In this document: one piece after another, positions 47,901 through 60,099 of the stretch | Position numbering within the stretch: the first letter of the stretch is position 1 | How the letters are laid out: every line of letters begins with the position of its first letter | Source of the DNA: Iphione sp. A-MEVVRFRX5 | Taxonomy: Eukaryota | Length of the DNA stretch: 64,000 nt | Assembly: GCA_976226885.1 (NCBI GenBank) | Contig: OZ320322.1 | Coordinates: 30,380,001-30,444,000, forward strand | Reading direction: 5' to 3' | Notes under the pieces: generated by a model | The model's input: only the letters and a program-made list of their open reading frames with translations | What the model was told of the DNA's origin: nothing | The model's database searches: none | Program-made: the position numbers and the translations under genes

Positions 47901-50900
47901 AGGTTAGAATAAGCTCTTCGTTAGACATAAACTAAAAAGAACAGACACCAAGGCACCTGTGCAAACATGGCATGAGCGGCTGCTGCACAACCCCACCGTA
48001 CGATACAACAGACTGGGCAAGGCGAGCGTAAAGTATGTACGATTATTATTACCTGACAGTAGATCTGAATGGCAAACATACGTCAAGATCAGTTCTCGTG
48101 TAATCAAAGTCATACTTAATATCTCGGGCATTCCGATGTGTGAGAGATGGCAAAGAGATTGATAGCAGTCCAACAAGGTAACTTGACTAAGTTATGTAAT
48201 AGCAGCGGTGATGATCTCACGACGACTCTTTTCATACTTTCACTTCAAGAGACCGCCACCCCGAGTAACTTCAACACTTAAGGTGTGACGGGTAACTCCT
48301 TCAATTAAGGCAAGCGGCCAGCCACCACACGAAGCATAACAATTCAATTCAACCAATATGTACATGGCTTTCTTTTCGGTAATATCAACATAGTTACAAC
48401 CGTAAAACAGCCCGGGGTTACAATAAACTTACCGGCGGTCGGCGGGCGAGTAGCCCTCAGGATAGTCCATATCCTTCTTGATCGAGTCCTCAAGCTCGAA
48501 GGCCAGCGATCCTTCAGGCAAGAAGGGCATATAGTGGCCGTACTGCTGGCGTACAGCATTGGGTCCATGCTTGCTGCGCAATGCCTTGAGTTGCTCCTGT
48601 GCCTCGGCGTGAAGCGCGAGCAGCTCATGGTACTTGTCATGCTGCTCACTAATCTGTAGGCAGCGATGAGAATATTCATGTTTAAGGAATGTTGTAAATA
48701 CACGCGTCCTTTCAAACGTGTGTGTGATAGGCAGCGGTATTGTACAACTCTAAAACCACACTGACCCGTAAAACTTCACTATATGTACTTCTCTTTCTGA
48801 ATCCTCTGATTTTCCCGTCGACATTTGTCTGGGTTTTTTTTTTGTCTTTTTTTGTTTGTTTTTTGTTTTTTGTTTTTTTTTGGGGGGGGGTACATTTTCC
48901 ACAAGAATAAATAGGGCATGGCTTTAATCCTTGTCACTTGTACAAAAATCGATCCCCATATTTAAATAAAACTATTCACAGTGTTCTAATACTATACCTC
49001 AGTTGTAAGCTCTCTCTGCGACTCTTGAGCTGCTGTTAGGTGACTCGTCAGCTCAGCGTTTTCTACGGTTAACTGTGTGGAACGAAAATAAAACAAGGCT
49101 CGTCAAAATCAGACAAAAGATTACTATGTGATCCTATAAACACAGGTCTGGGACTAAACGCTGACTACCTCGACACAGTCACATATGGTAATATCGATGC
49201 TGCCAAGCATGACAGAATTATATCTGACTTTAAAACTGGAAGATTTTGTTAAACTTATCGGAGTTCCTTTTCAACTGTGTAAGCTACTACTTTGATCAAA
49301 TAAAGATTTATTCAAAAATAAATATCATGGCTGGAAGATGTTTCCCCGGCAATAACTTTTGTGCAGAAAACTGCAAGGTCATCAATTCGACGGACTGGTA
49401 TGTATGTATTTAACATCGTTCCCGCCGAACAGGAAAGGTGACTGCAGTGTACTAAACCTATCAGGATTTATATCATTTCGGGACCACACCCTAGACGTGT
49501 GTGTGTGTGTGGAAGGGGACCAGTTCCCCCCTCGTTTACCTTCTTGATGGTGGCCTCGAGGTTGACGACCTTGTTGAGCAGCGCCGTGATCTCGTCGTGC
49601 TGTCGCAGGGTGAGCTCGGCCTTGGTGAAGAGCTCGTCCTGCAGGGCCTGGATGCGGCCGTTGACGTCGGCCAGCTGGCGGACGGCGTCCTTCACCAGCC
49701 GCTCCTCCTTCTCCTCCAGGTCGCATGTCTCCACCTTGAGCTGCGCCGTCTCGCAGCGCAGCGTCAGGTTCTCCTCCTCCAGACCGCGCACCTTCTTCTG
49801 CAGGTTGTCGACGTGGCCGAGTCCCAGTAGCGCCTTGCTGGAAGTCAGCAGAGGACAAGCGAGTAGCGACAGGAACCGAGAGGACAAGAACGGAGATTGT
49901 TACCTGCTCAGAAACTGAACAATCTTGCACACTTATGTGACCAGATAGACAAACGAGATCGAAACAGGAACAGACACAAATCAAGACATAGATCCTGCCA
50001 TACTTAGAGTTTCTGTCCAAACAATCTGTTTCTCTACTATGTAATTACAACCCTACTGGCGATCTAAGCAAATTGCATTTGAAGACTCACGTTGGCGACT
50101 CTCCCGGGGTTTCCGAGTCATAGTCCTGGATGTACGCTTGTAATAAGGCATCTTTCATAGAAACCTCATGACGCAGTTGTGCAACCTACAAGACGGAAAA
50201 ATGGTAAAGTCCAACTTAGATCCCGCAGGGTTTTCTTCAATGGTTTAGCATCTACAACGTTGTGAACCTTATGAACCCTTTTAAGCATAGATATATATGC
50301 GTTCATGTATACATGTGCATGTACATCCAAATCTGAGCCGCTGCTGAAAGTATCACTCAGTGACCGTATTATATTTGCACCATCATGTTTCTTCACCTCA
50401 ATTTATGTGCAAACACTCAAATTAAACTTTCAACAAACTTCTCTTTATACAACAGATGACAACCCTCGTGTGCTACCCCCGGACATTAGTTCTGCCCGGC
50501 CCCATTTCTCTGAACAAGAAACTGGTACTCACACAGTCGTTCGCGTGGGCGAGTTGCTCCTCTAATTGCTCATTTTTCTCCTCTAATTCTTTGTTCTTGT
50601 CGAGGAGGTTCTGTCCGATACGAGCTGCTAGTTCAAGATCGCGTTCTTTCTGTTGAAATCGTAAAAAAACGGGGAATGTTGACTGATGACAGAATCGAAA
50701 AATAGAAATATGTAACTATTACTTCAGGACCATCTTCTTCCTGTTAAAACTAAAGTAAACATCTACGAAATTGGAGACCCACAAAACCCTGTACGGTTAT
50801 GTTCTCTGTTACGTACTGAACTCTCATCATAGGAGTGGGCCAGACTTAAAAGCACATCAGATTTACAGGTAATTGGTGTTTCAAATGTTAAAGCTTTGAA

Positions 50901-51226
50901 AGACCATTAAAGAATAAATTCACACTCACAATAACATCACTTTCATTGACAAAAACCATCCTAAACAAAAGTGGTTAGTTCCTTTTAACTTCTATATGGA
51001 CATATACGTGTATGTACAGGGAACGTTTTCCTTGTTCTGATGTTGCTTCTCTAGTTTACATAAAAGCACAGTTTAGCTGAAAACGGACTCCATTCCCCGT
51101 CTAATCGGTAGTTTTAAAGAAAAGAGCCTTTTCCGTGTCTGTTACTGACCTCTTCCAATAGACGTGTCACAGCCTCAATATCATTGTACGTTTTAGTCAT
51201 CTGGCCCACGCGTTCCGCACATAGGA
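31575..51226 (-). CDS. TRAK1: Trafficking kinesin-binding protein (TRAK1/TRAK2/milton family), spliced, 5'-partial
   Basis: Exons 51150-51226, 50533-50649, 50091-50185, 49540-49837, 48998-49072, 48433-48653, 46644-46862, 45991-46125, 45138-45292, 44142-44288, 35822-35942 and 31575-32964 are all AG/GT bounded and phase-compatible (3050 nt + 1). Hallmarks: [82 protein letters not shown] and [11 protein letters not shown]. Probably a single invertebrate co-orthologue of TRAK1/TRAK2/HAP1 (inference). Confidence 0.95.
34421..34433 (-). CDS. TRAK1: Candidate 13-nt TRAK microexon
   Basis: Minus strand reads tttccttgctgtacag|ctaagaccaagat|gtgagt, with strong splice signals on both sides; no transcript evidence. 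Confidence 0.4.
35822..35942 (-). CDS. TRAK1: TRAK exon (PGK...TYTYT...HP block)
   Basis: catccag| acceptor and gt|gtaagt donor; [41 protein letters not shown] resembles the TRAK HPGK..STFTFTT..ILHP block. Confidence 0.9.
38283..38480. repeat. Diverged ~60-bp direct repeat (period ~134)
   Basis: aactcttgcaaacac..ctttca..ctcatgtagttacaggctggatcattta occurs twice. Confidence 0.85.
41167..41202. promoter_or_regulatory. AP-1 site plus RFX X-box-like palindrome
   Basis: TGAGTCA at 41167-41173 and GTTGCCATGACAAC at 41189-41202 in a locally GC-rich patch. Confidence 0.3.
42387..42403 (+). promoter_or_regulatory. CTCF-like motif in TRAK intron
   Basis: GACACCAGAGGGCAGCA is a close match to the CTCF core; motif match only. 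Confidence 0.35.
42802..44141 (-). CDS. TRAK1: Candidate alternative TRAK terminal extension (donor read-through), 446 aa ending in CaaX
   Basis: Frame stays open 1340 nt past the g|gtatgt donor at 44142 (ORF 42802..44283); ends ...[25 protein letters not shown]-stop. Confidence 0.6.
44142..44288 (-). CDS. TRAK1: TRAK exon (milton domain end)
   Basis: gttacag| acceptor; [49 protein letters not shown]; phase-1 donor gatg|gtatgt. Confidence 0.93.
45138..45292 (-). CDS. TRAK1: TRAK exon
   Basis: gtcgtag| acceptor and gaag|gtaggc donor; [20 protein letters not shown]...[13 protein letters not shown]. Confidence 0.95.
45991..46125 (-). CDS. TRAK1: TRAK exon
   Basis: ccttcag| acceptor and ag|gtaaat donor; [45 protein letters not shown]. 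Confidence 0.95.
46528..46643. repeat. 27-bp minisatellite abutting a TRAK splice donor
   Basis: ctcgccttc at 46531, 46558, 46585 and 46612 (period 27). Confidence 0.92.
46644..46862 (-). CDS. TRAK1: TRAK exon
   Basis: ttgaaag| acceptor and gg|gtgagt donor; [31 protein letters not shown]...VDSNY. Confidence 0.92.
47640..48320 (-). mobile_element. Highly decayed LINE (CR1/L2-like) ORF2 3' remnant
   Basis: Broken frames give [21 protein letters not shown] and [15 protein letters not shown], resembling post-RT LINE motifs; many stops. Confidence 0.45.
48433..48653 (-). CDS. TRAK1: TRAK exon
   Basis: cctacag| acceptor and cg|gtaagt donor; [28 protein letters not shown]...[26 protein letters not shown]. 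Confidence 0.95.
48998..49072 (-). CDS. TRAK1: TRAK exon (HAP1_N)
   Basis: cacacag| acceptor and gag|gtatag donor; [25 protein letters not shown]; 75 nt. Confidence 0.95.
49540..49837 (-). CDS. TRAK1: TRAK exon (HAP1_N coiled coil)
   Basis: cttccag| acceptor and aag|gtaaac donor; [34 protein letters not shown]...[10 protein letters not shown]. Confidence 0.95.
50091..50185 (-). CDS. TRAK1: TRAK exon (HAP1_N)
   Basis: cttgtag| acceptor and ac|gtgagt donor; [31 protein letters not shown]. Confidence 0.95.
50533..50649 (-). CDS. TRAK1: TRAK exon (HAP1_N)
   Basis: tcaacag| acceptor and tgt|gtgagt donor; [39 protein letters not shown]. Confidence 0.97.
51150..51226 (-). CDS. TRAK1: TRAK exon (HAP1_N start); most 5' securely identified exon
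   Basis: tttccag| acceptor (phase 1) and gag|gtcagt donor; [25 protein letters not shown]. Confidence 0.97.
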
Positions 51227-51680
51227 CTGGAAAAGACAAATCGGGAAATAAAGGCCCAGGAACAATGGCAGCTCAATACAGATCCCCTTCATTGTAACAA
51301 TTACATTATTTGTGTACAAGCATATGGGAACGCCATTAAATGGAGTAAAACATGAAATGAAACTGAGCCAAGGCACTCCGGCTTCCAGTAAAAACAAAGT
51401 CGTTTCGGCATAATGGTCTCACATTTTAGACAGAATAGCTTCAAACCAATTGTAGCCGTATTTAGACTCATACTTGAGTATCTCCCAATTGGGATAAATG
51501 TTGCACTTAATGAACTTTAAAAAACACTTACGACTCAAATTGTCCATTTTCTAGAAGCAGGATTAATACCACGGTTGTACACCTCATGTTACACTGTATT
51601 ACCACATTTAGATTTGCATCATTCCATTTGATATGCAGCCTCTGGATTAATATCATTCCATACGGTACTATTTTCGACAC

Positions 51681-51720
51681 AGCCAACCAGACAGACAGCC
51701 AGCCAGCCAGCCAGCCAGAC

Positions 51721-51752
<32 letters not shown>

Positions 51753-51767
51753 GAGCAGACAGACAGG
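51681..51767. repeat. (CAGA/CAGC)n tetranucleotide microsatellite
   Basis: cagacagacagccagccagccag...gacagacagac directly visible. Confidence 0.9.
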
Positions 51768-51861
51768 TAAAGGCACAAGCGAGAAAGGGAACGAGGAGGA
51801 CGTCTGGGAGCCAGGGATCGACAGGCGCCGGCAGCTACCCACAGGTGATCATAACCGATGG

Positions 51862-52025
51862 NNNNNNNNNNNNNNNNNNNNNNNNNNNNNNNNNNNNNNN
51901 NNNNNNNNNNNNNNNNNNNNNNNNNNNNNNNNNNNNNNNNNNNNNNNNNNNNNNNNNNNNNNNNNNNNNNNNNNNNNNNNNNNNNNNNNNNNNNNNNNNN
52001 NNNNNNNNNNNNNNNNNNNNNNNNN
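51862..52025. other. Assembly gap
   Basis: Run of N next to a microsatellite. Confidence 0.99.
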
Positions 52026-55000
52026 CGGAAAGGAGAAATGAGAAATTAACTTTTCCTGGATGACAGACTGAAACTGATTTCCCCACCACTCATCCCCTAG
52101 CCCGTGAACTGTCTCTGCCTTTATCGATTGAACATATACGGTGGCTGACGTGATGCTAGGCACGTACATGTGCTCACAAACCGTGAGAAAATCAAAATTC
52201 ACCCAAGCACTGAGTCATGGACAACTTCTTTTTCTGGGAGGACCATTCAAAAAGGCAGTCCATTTAGAGGGATAGTTTACAGCTATTAAGTAAGGGGGGG
52301 GAGGAATCCAATAAAGGACACATTCCCTTTTCATTTTTAGAACTAAAAACAACGCACGTAAATGTTGCTATAAATAGGTGAACTGTGCATTTAATGTACG
52401 TGACTGCTGACAGCGAGGTATCTGATGGAAAAAGATGAAGCTAGTAACGTTCAGCGTGGCAGCAGTTGTAAGGTGACGAAGGGGCAGGTCTTGCTAACTG
52501 TAAACATTTCCTCTGACGGCCAAGAACGGGAGCTAAAAACTAACCTTCCCCTCCGAGAGAAGCCTCTCTGAGCATCAAAACAAACTGTTGCTGAATAATG
52601 AGGAATTCAGGAGGGAGGAAAGGGTAGGGCTTCTCCCCTGGTTAACTAACATATGGAGTACGATTAATTAAAGTGACACCGTATACAAAACTCCAAGTGG
52701 TTGAAGCCCCAAGGAGCAATAAAAAAATGTATATAGTATCATGCACTCCTTCAAGTATTTAAGGACATTTTATGCAATAACACTGTGAGGGTTGCTTTTT
52801 ATCGTGTAAATATACATGTATGTACTGCTTGATGGCGAAGAGAACAGCCATGACACGATTTATGTACATCTGGGGTACTGCCCAATATAGATCCTTATGT
52901 TCATCCTGTTTACCAGCTGTGTTATTAAAGATTCAGGACTTGGTTTTATAGACTATATGTACTATTGCCATTCACAGGGACACCAGTCTCAGTTAAGATG
53001 GGCTCATGGGTTATGCTACCTGTCAATTTTGCATGATTTGACTCGTGTATACATTTCGAAGGGTATTACAAACAATAGTTCATTCTATGTATAGCTAACA
53101 ATCAATAAGACACACAATATAGAGACGGATGGCTCGTAGCAATCAATACGTGTTAGGATGGGGCTTTGAAGTCGTATAAGTTAGGATTAATAACGCCCAG
53201 TCCCACGCAGTCACTATCAGCAGTTATGCAAAGGCCGTGCTGGAGGAGCCATCCTCCTATCTCGACATATTGCAGTCCTAGAACACCCAAGGCTAATGAA
53301 TAATCACAACAGAGAATATCTTCGATAACAAGCAGCGAAAGATGGTCTTCCAGTCCACATGCATGAATACTGATGTCAACGGGAAGCCATCAGAGTACTC
53401 AATATCGAGCACAGCGCCGACAATAACCTGGAAGGGAAATACGGCTAGAAAACTCCAATAAAGTCATCAACTGTGTCTGGGTAGTGAGAATAACAGTCCT
53501 TCCATGTGGTACTGTGTTAGGTTGTCTAAAATAAAGGCCCTGTGTGTTAGTCGGTGCTTGTCTCTATTCCCTGAATCAGCCTCGCTTCATCTGGTAAAAA
53601 GTATTGCGTTGTGTAAACATTTTAAATGTACATGTGCTTGTCTATTCTGGGTTTGCAATATAACATTAGTTTTCGTCATCACTTAGTGACCTATCAGAAA
53701 TAATGTGGTCTATCGTAAACAGAATCTACCTTTCAATCACTGTTTTCTAAAAATTCTCCGGTAAATTGAACCGTGTCTGCCTATCTAACTGACGACAGGT
53801 GGGGGACACCTCTCAACAATAATTCCAAGATATCCCTGTCGTTCCCCTGTGAGACCGTCCGTTATAAAAGTTCGTTGGAAACCACTCTGTAGAGAACAGC
53901 ACTTACTGCGAATCCACCTTGATTCTTGTTCAGAAGCCATAAGTGTGGAAAGGAGAATTTTCCAGTCCGGTACCTCAGGGCCCTGGGCCTCGCATGTCCT
54001 GCTGCCTGGTCCGCTCATGGGCCTCTCCAGGACACGTCTACCAGTGTGGGATCCGTGTTAGGTCCCACAGCTCAGGTGTCAATAACACGGCCTAAATGCT
54101 GCCAGAGGAGAAATCTGTGGGGCACCTATCACCGAGGGGACCTGCTACCAAACCTCAGAGGCCACTGGATGAGTCAGCGGTGGACGGACAAACCTCATTC
54201 CTATCAATCATATGTACGCTGATAGTGAAGGTCTTTCCTGGTAATCCTCAAACTGTGGGGTCATTTCAAATGAAATCCTACCTCTGCGAGAAAGCCTTTC
54301 AATTATAGATATACATGTTGTATTTCATCCCGTCGTTGTAGTCGTTGGGCAACACGGCTGCATCCTTTAATCATGTCAAGACTTTTAGAGACAATAATTA
54401 GCGACTGGCCTCAGTCCGCCTGTTGTTGGTTGCGTTCAGGATTCCGCCATTATGATTCTGCCTCATAAATACTTCCATTCATTGTTTTTGGCCCGAAGAA
54501 GAAAAGAAGACAATCGGGAGGGGGGAGGGGGCTTTATTTGAGCGCTTACCGCCCAGCAGCTTATTTTTGGTCTGACAGAGTGCATTAATACTCGCGACCA
54601 CTGCTGCTGCACAGGTAGCCTGGTTAACAGACAAAGAGTGCGGACCAACACAGGCAGTGCGTTCCGATAGCCCCACGCATAGCGGGATAAAAACAAGTCG
54701 AAATGCCATTTTACCAAAAATAGCCTCAAATTTAAATAAATTTAATATCTTGGAATTCAGTTTTTAAACAACAAAAAAACAAAAACATGTTATTATGGGG
54801 ATTGTACCTGTGCCCCCCGTGTTAAATATCATTGCTAAGGGAATGGCCACTAAATACATGTGATTTTAATGGAAAATAATCGAGAAAACGTACTACCAAG
54901 CTGTCAGTACACAGAAGCGCGATCCTGTTATGACACTAACAGTGTTGTTGCCATGCCTGCTGCTATGGCACCATGCCATAACCATGGTGATGTTTGTTTA

Positions 55001-58000
55001 TGTGAATGGTTCCCGTGAAAATCATTATTAAAAAAAGAGGTCGCTGATGGATTTTAATGAAATAGTTGTCATTACCAACAGGGGCAGTGGAAAATGTGTC
55101 TCCTGTCACAATTCATTAATAGGAGTTTCGCCCATAGATCTGAGCTCATGAAGCATGTCACTTCTGTGGCTGGATGTCTCTGCCCCCTGAGGTGGATTTA
55201 ATGGACAGGGCTGCTGTTCCCACGTTGAAAGAAAAGGGGGATGTTGATCCTCCTGTGGTGCCACGGTTGACTTTTAATATTTGGTAGACCAAGTACAAAC
55301 AAGGGGTTGGGGAAGATTGAAAAAATACAAAGGAAAAATAATGTGGCATTGTAAGCATAGCACAAAGCAATGACATCGTGGAACGACAAGTATTCAAATG
55401 ACACAGGTCCTCAGATCTGATGTGTTTGGCTCGCTTGTCTTTATCTCATCAGTGACACACATGCAACAATAACATTTTAAATTCTACAGACAATAGAAGG
55501 TCAGAACGTTCCTAGAGCCTGTTCACTTCCATAACAACCAGTAGATGAAAACAATATTGCACTGGCTAAATATACCTGACACCACACTCGCTCCCGGGTG
55601 TGGGGTCTGAGCCTAGCGCTAGCTCAACAGACGATTTGTTCTATTACGTTGTTGCTCCCGCTTCTGTTATAAGGCAAATACACGTATGCTAGCACAGGAC
55701 TGTGGATCAGGACTGTGTACGGCACCAGGGGCCCGTGTGTAACAGAGAGTAAACATCTCATAAACCACAATGGGCCAATCTGTCGGAATTGCTTAAACCG
55801 AGTGTCTTATACTCTGTGTCTTGTACCATAGTCTCATATTCAAGTCTTGAAGCGTAAGTGTCATCCCCTACAAATCCCATCCCCAAGGGGGGGGGGACTT
55901 TAATCTAAACCCATAGTTATTCACGTGTGTGTTTATTTTCCCTCTCTCTCTATTTCCCATGTTCTGAACACGGATCCGAGGTCCTTTGATTGGGTCACGT
56001 CCGATAGAAACGCAAACTGAGTTGTTACAGCAGAAAATGGAGAGCAAATATGCCTACATGGGAAACAAATATAGTCTCAAAGTCACAACTGAAACCTGAA
56101 GTCTCACTCCCATCCCCAATGCTCGTGCCACCAAGTCTCACATAACCGAGTTTCACTCTTAAATAGGTATTTGTATTCCATGTCTTGTAAACATTCATTT
56201 GCTGCCGCTCTTGGCGTTAAACGCCTTGCTGGGTTTGCTGCGCTTACCAGCCACGTAACACTGGTCAATAGATTATATTGACAGTTACAAGGTGAAACCT
56301 GCCACCAACACACCACAGCCACCGCTCCCAACAACCAATTAAATAGCATAAAATGTATCGCATTGTACCAGAGAGTAAAAAGACTATAAAGCATGGGGTC
56401 CCTGTGATCTTTTTTATTTAGATGATATATTTAGTCTAACAGGACCTCGCGGGAAGGGATTAGCTTTCTGCTTAACCTCACTTGAAGCAGGAAGATTGCG
56501 CACATGATATACAAGTGCAGGCCTTACTTCTGCAATAACAGGAGTACTTATTTATATACGTGTAGACAGCGCTGAGAGCAGAGCCAAGCCAAGCATACAA
56601 ACAATACCGTCTATTTGTTGACTATTGACATTCACGGGACTAGAAAGAGCCAGTCATCGTATATGAGATGTGCGTGTAAGATAACACCTGTCACCTTTTT
56701 AATAGACACCAATATGCACTTCAGTATTATTTACAATTAAAAAGTGGGTCTAAGTGACTGACCAGAAGAGGTTGATTTCCTATACCTTATCTACACCCGT
56801 TACAACATCCGGGGAAAAAAAGGTGGTTGGTGGGGGAGGGTACCTTTAATGAGCGTATGTATTTAACTGGCAATATATATGACAACGTGCCTACCTGTCA
56901 GGAGCTCCAGAGCTTCACCTTCTCCTGGAGGAAACTCCATTAACGAAGGCTGCTCCTGTGACCCTTGTCAGCCATGGGCAATCCCTCATTGCGTCTGGCT
57001 GTGGTCTGGCGCCGCCCAGGCCATTAAAGACAGGTGGGGATTTGCTGCCACCGAGGAAGGTCCCACCGAGGTGGCGCTGGGCCGTACCCACCTACCACCC
57101 CCACCCCCCACCCCCGGCCTCCAAACTCGCGAACGACTAGGAACCTACTGGTGAAAAAACCTACACGACACCAGAGCCGATTACTAGTGGCGGGCGCACA
57201 CAGCCCCACTACCTCAAACCTGTCGACGTCGATGTGCCTCCCACAGGACTAGCTCGCTACCTGGCTGCCTGCCTGCCTAACCAGGATACACCGTCCAGCT
57301 TTACCATAGCCCTACGTTTCCATACAGCCCAGCACCACAGTCTCCTCCTCTTCCTCCTCCTCCTCGTCCTCCCCCCCCCCCCCCCCCCAAATCAAAAGCC
57401 AGATTGGGCTCGCACCCAGAGCAGTGTCCCTACTACGTGCTGTGTAGGGTTACGCTGTGGTCAATCAGGATCGCGAGTATGTGATCCGCCTAGGTCATGT
57501 TGCCCTTGTTCTCAGAACTCCGGTTTCAAATGCCGGATCTAGTTAAGAGGCAGATTGTCTTCAATCGGCTTATCCTTTGACCGGTGGCTACGGGGACTCG
57601 TCCTCTCTCTGGCCTTCCACACACGAACTGGTAGCCCATCACTATTCCCTGTGCGAAAAGCGAGCCTTGCTGACGCACGCTTGTAGAGACGACCAAGACT
57701 CGAGCCTCTAGGGGGACTGCAGCGACACCAATGAACGATCGATGAAGGCAATAATCCCAGGACACGAGAAATCAGTAATGGCACCTTGCGGTGGAACCAT
57801 CGTGACAGTTACAACAACCTTCACAATATAAGTGAAGCACGTCCTACACAACAACAAAAAATAATTATTTATGTCAATTTACACTAAACTATGAACGTTC
57901 CAGATGGCAAACTAACTGTGCTGCTATAAAGTATCCTGGTGAGCAAAATCGTTAGCATAAGAAAGGCCTGTCAGTTTATATTTACTTCTGTATAGGCTAA

Positions 58001-59113
58001 CATGATGATGGGTTGGTCAGCTGCAAGTTCGTATTTAAGCATCGCCTTGGGAAAAAAAAGGTTCTTGTATGTATCTGCCTGCTTTTATTAAAAACGTCTC
58101 TCTTCCGCGAAAATGTTACCATCGGCAATGCTTTGTGCACGGTTGCTCTAGAAACGATCACCCACATCGCTAACCGTCTTCTTTTTCTTTGTGATGGAGA
58201 CGCTTGTATTTGATTCCAGCAGTACAGAATCGTTCAAGATATGAATAGTTTCACAAATGCTTGATGGCAAATCAAGTCTAGAATGTTCCCGCTCTCAAGT
58301 AATTGTTTCAGTCATAACACTTACACAAACACATCTGATGACAGCTTCAGCAGACGACGGCGCGAGTTTAAATCAATTAAAACGTGATGCGTTAGTTACA
58401 CTCACGTCATCACCGTACCCTATGCACATGCCTGTCACTGGTGGAAGGTTCTACAGGATATGACGAAGCATTAGTATATATACACAATTTACACGCAAAG
58501 CGCTGCCCACATCCGGGCCGGCCCACGCTAGAATGGTGGTATGCATACATCAACATTGTCGTCTGCCCTTCGAGATCTGCCTTTTAATAAATCAGGAGAG
58601 TTTGGTGTTATTTTATTAAATATGCGCGCGTATTTTGGATTCATCCATGCAGTTTTCTCTACGGCTATTTCAATGCATGTGTTTGTAACTGACAAACACC
58701 GTGATAAATACAGCAACAACCGTTTCCTCTTAACATCCATGTATTTGCCGGTGATCGGAGGGGCCTGAATTGACACGACATCTGACTAGCCAACACACAA
58801 CAGGAAAGGTGTAGAAAACAGAGTGAAAGGAGAACAGAATGGTGTACTTTACGGTGGTTGATCTCGCCAGTGTGACTTGTAACCGCCAGCCGACCGTGAA
58901 TATGAATCAGGGATCACGCCACAGTTATGGGCTGTAAGGAAGCTTTTTCGAATCCCCATCCCATCCCCTCTAAATCCCCTCCCCCAGGCTAAAGGTGACT
59001 CAAAAAGGACAGATTTAACCTTCTAAGGTTAAACGTGACTACATATGAGTTGGTGGAAAAGGTCAGGAGGTCCTGGCAACAGAATATACAAGGGTTAAAC
59101 CGATAGTGTAAAT

Positions 59114-59308
59114 NNNNNNNNNNNNNNNNNNNNNNNNNNNNNNNNNNNNNNNNNNNNNNNNNNNNNNNNNNNNNNNNNNNNNNNNNNNNNNNNNNNNNNN
59201 NNNNNNNNNNNNNNNNNNNNNNNNNNNNNNNNNNNNNNNNNNNNNNNNNNNNNNNNNNNNNNNNNNNNNNNNNNNNNNNNNNNNNNNNNNNNNNNNNNNN
59301 NNNNNNNN
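59114..59308. other. Assembly gap
   Basis: Run of N. Confidence 0.99.
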
Positions 59309-60008
59309 AGAGCCTAACTCTCTGACTGACAGAATAGTTTACACATACATATATACAGAAAGCTACGGAGAAGCAGAAACGGACAGAGATACTTATGTAT
59401 CTGTGCTTTAAAGTGGGATCTAAAACTCCTACCTGTCCTATAAGTACTTGCGACCATACAGCCACACTCCCTCTCTCTCATACATGTGCGTGTGTAGCTG
59501 TGTCATATATACCGACCTGCACGTTCGGAATCCCCATGTATGTCCGAGGCCAGTATGCACCGGGCAGAAATGCGTCCGACGTAACCTACTTTCATAACAG
59601 CACAGACCCTCCACGTTTATCAGCGCTCATTGATTAGTATTACTCACCGCCGCTGATAAATCTTCACCAGTTTTCCGTTCATATCTTATATGAATTATGT
59701 AGTCTGGGGAAAGGGGGTTGTTGTCGCAAGGTATATGATGCATGTGTGCATGCTACTAAAACCTAATGACTGTTTTCTCTGGGTACAAAAACTGTCAAAC
59801 CAGAAGGTATGAAAACCTCAGTGAATGTTCTTCAGGGACCCCACCAATCGTGGAAATTATAGCTATCAACATAAAGACTGTTTTTTAAACGTACGTGTAT
59901 GTATAAGTTATAAGCGTCCCTAAATGATATTTTACCCTTGAAAGGCTCACCTCTAGACGACTGGCTACGTGACGCTGAGTATCAATAATCCTTGGGCTGA
60001 TCACTTAC

Positions 60009-60036
60009 CTGACGGGGAAGCTATCGTCCGGATCAT
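60009..60036 (-). CDS. Possible short first coding exon of a TRAK isoform (MIRTIASPS)
   Basis: ATG at 60036 plus 9 codons plus g|gtaagt is phase 1, matching the 51226 acceptor; lies in a CpG-rich stretch. No homology support. Confidence 0.3.
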
Positions 60037-60099
60037 GGGTGACACAGTTTGAACCACTAATACAGATTTCAGGTGAGACTCGATCCTACATCCGACCCG

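Noticed and set aside
49893-49915. Possible microexon ttcag|tttctgagcag|gtaac upstream of the 49837 acceptor
   Set aside because: All candidate lengths (11, 20, 28 nt) break the frame and the following intron would be only about 66 nt.
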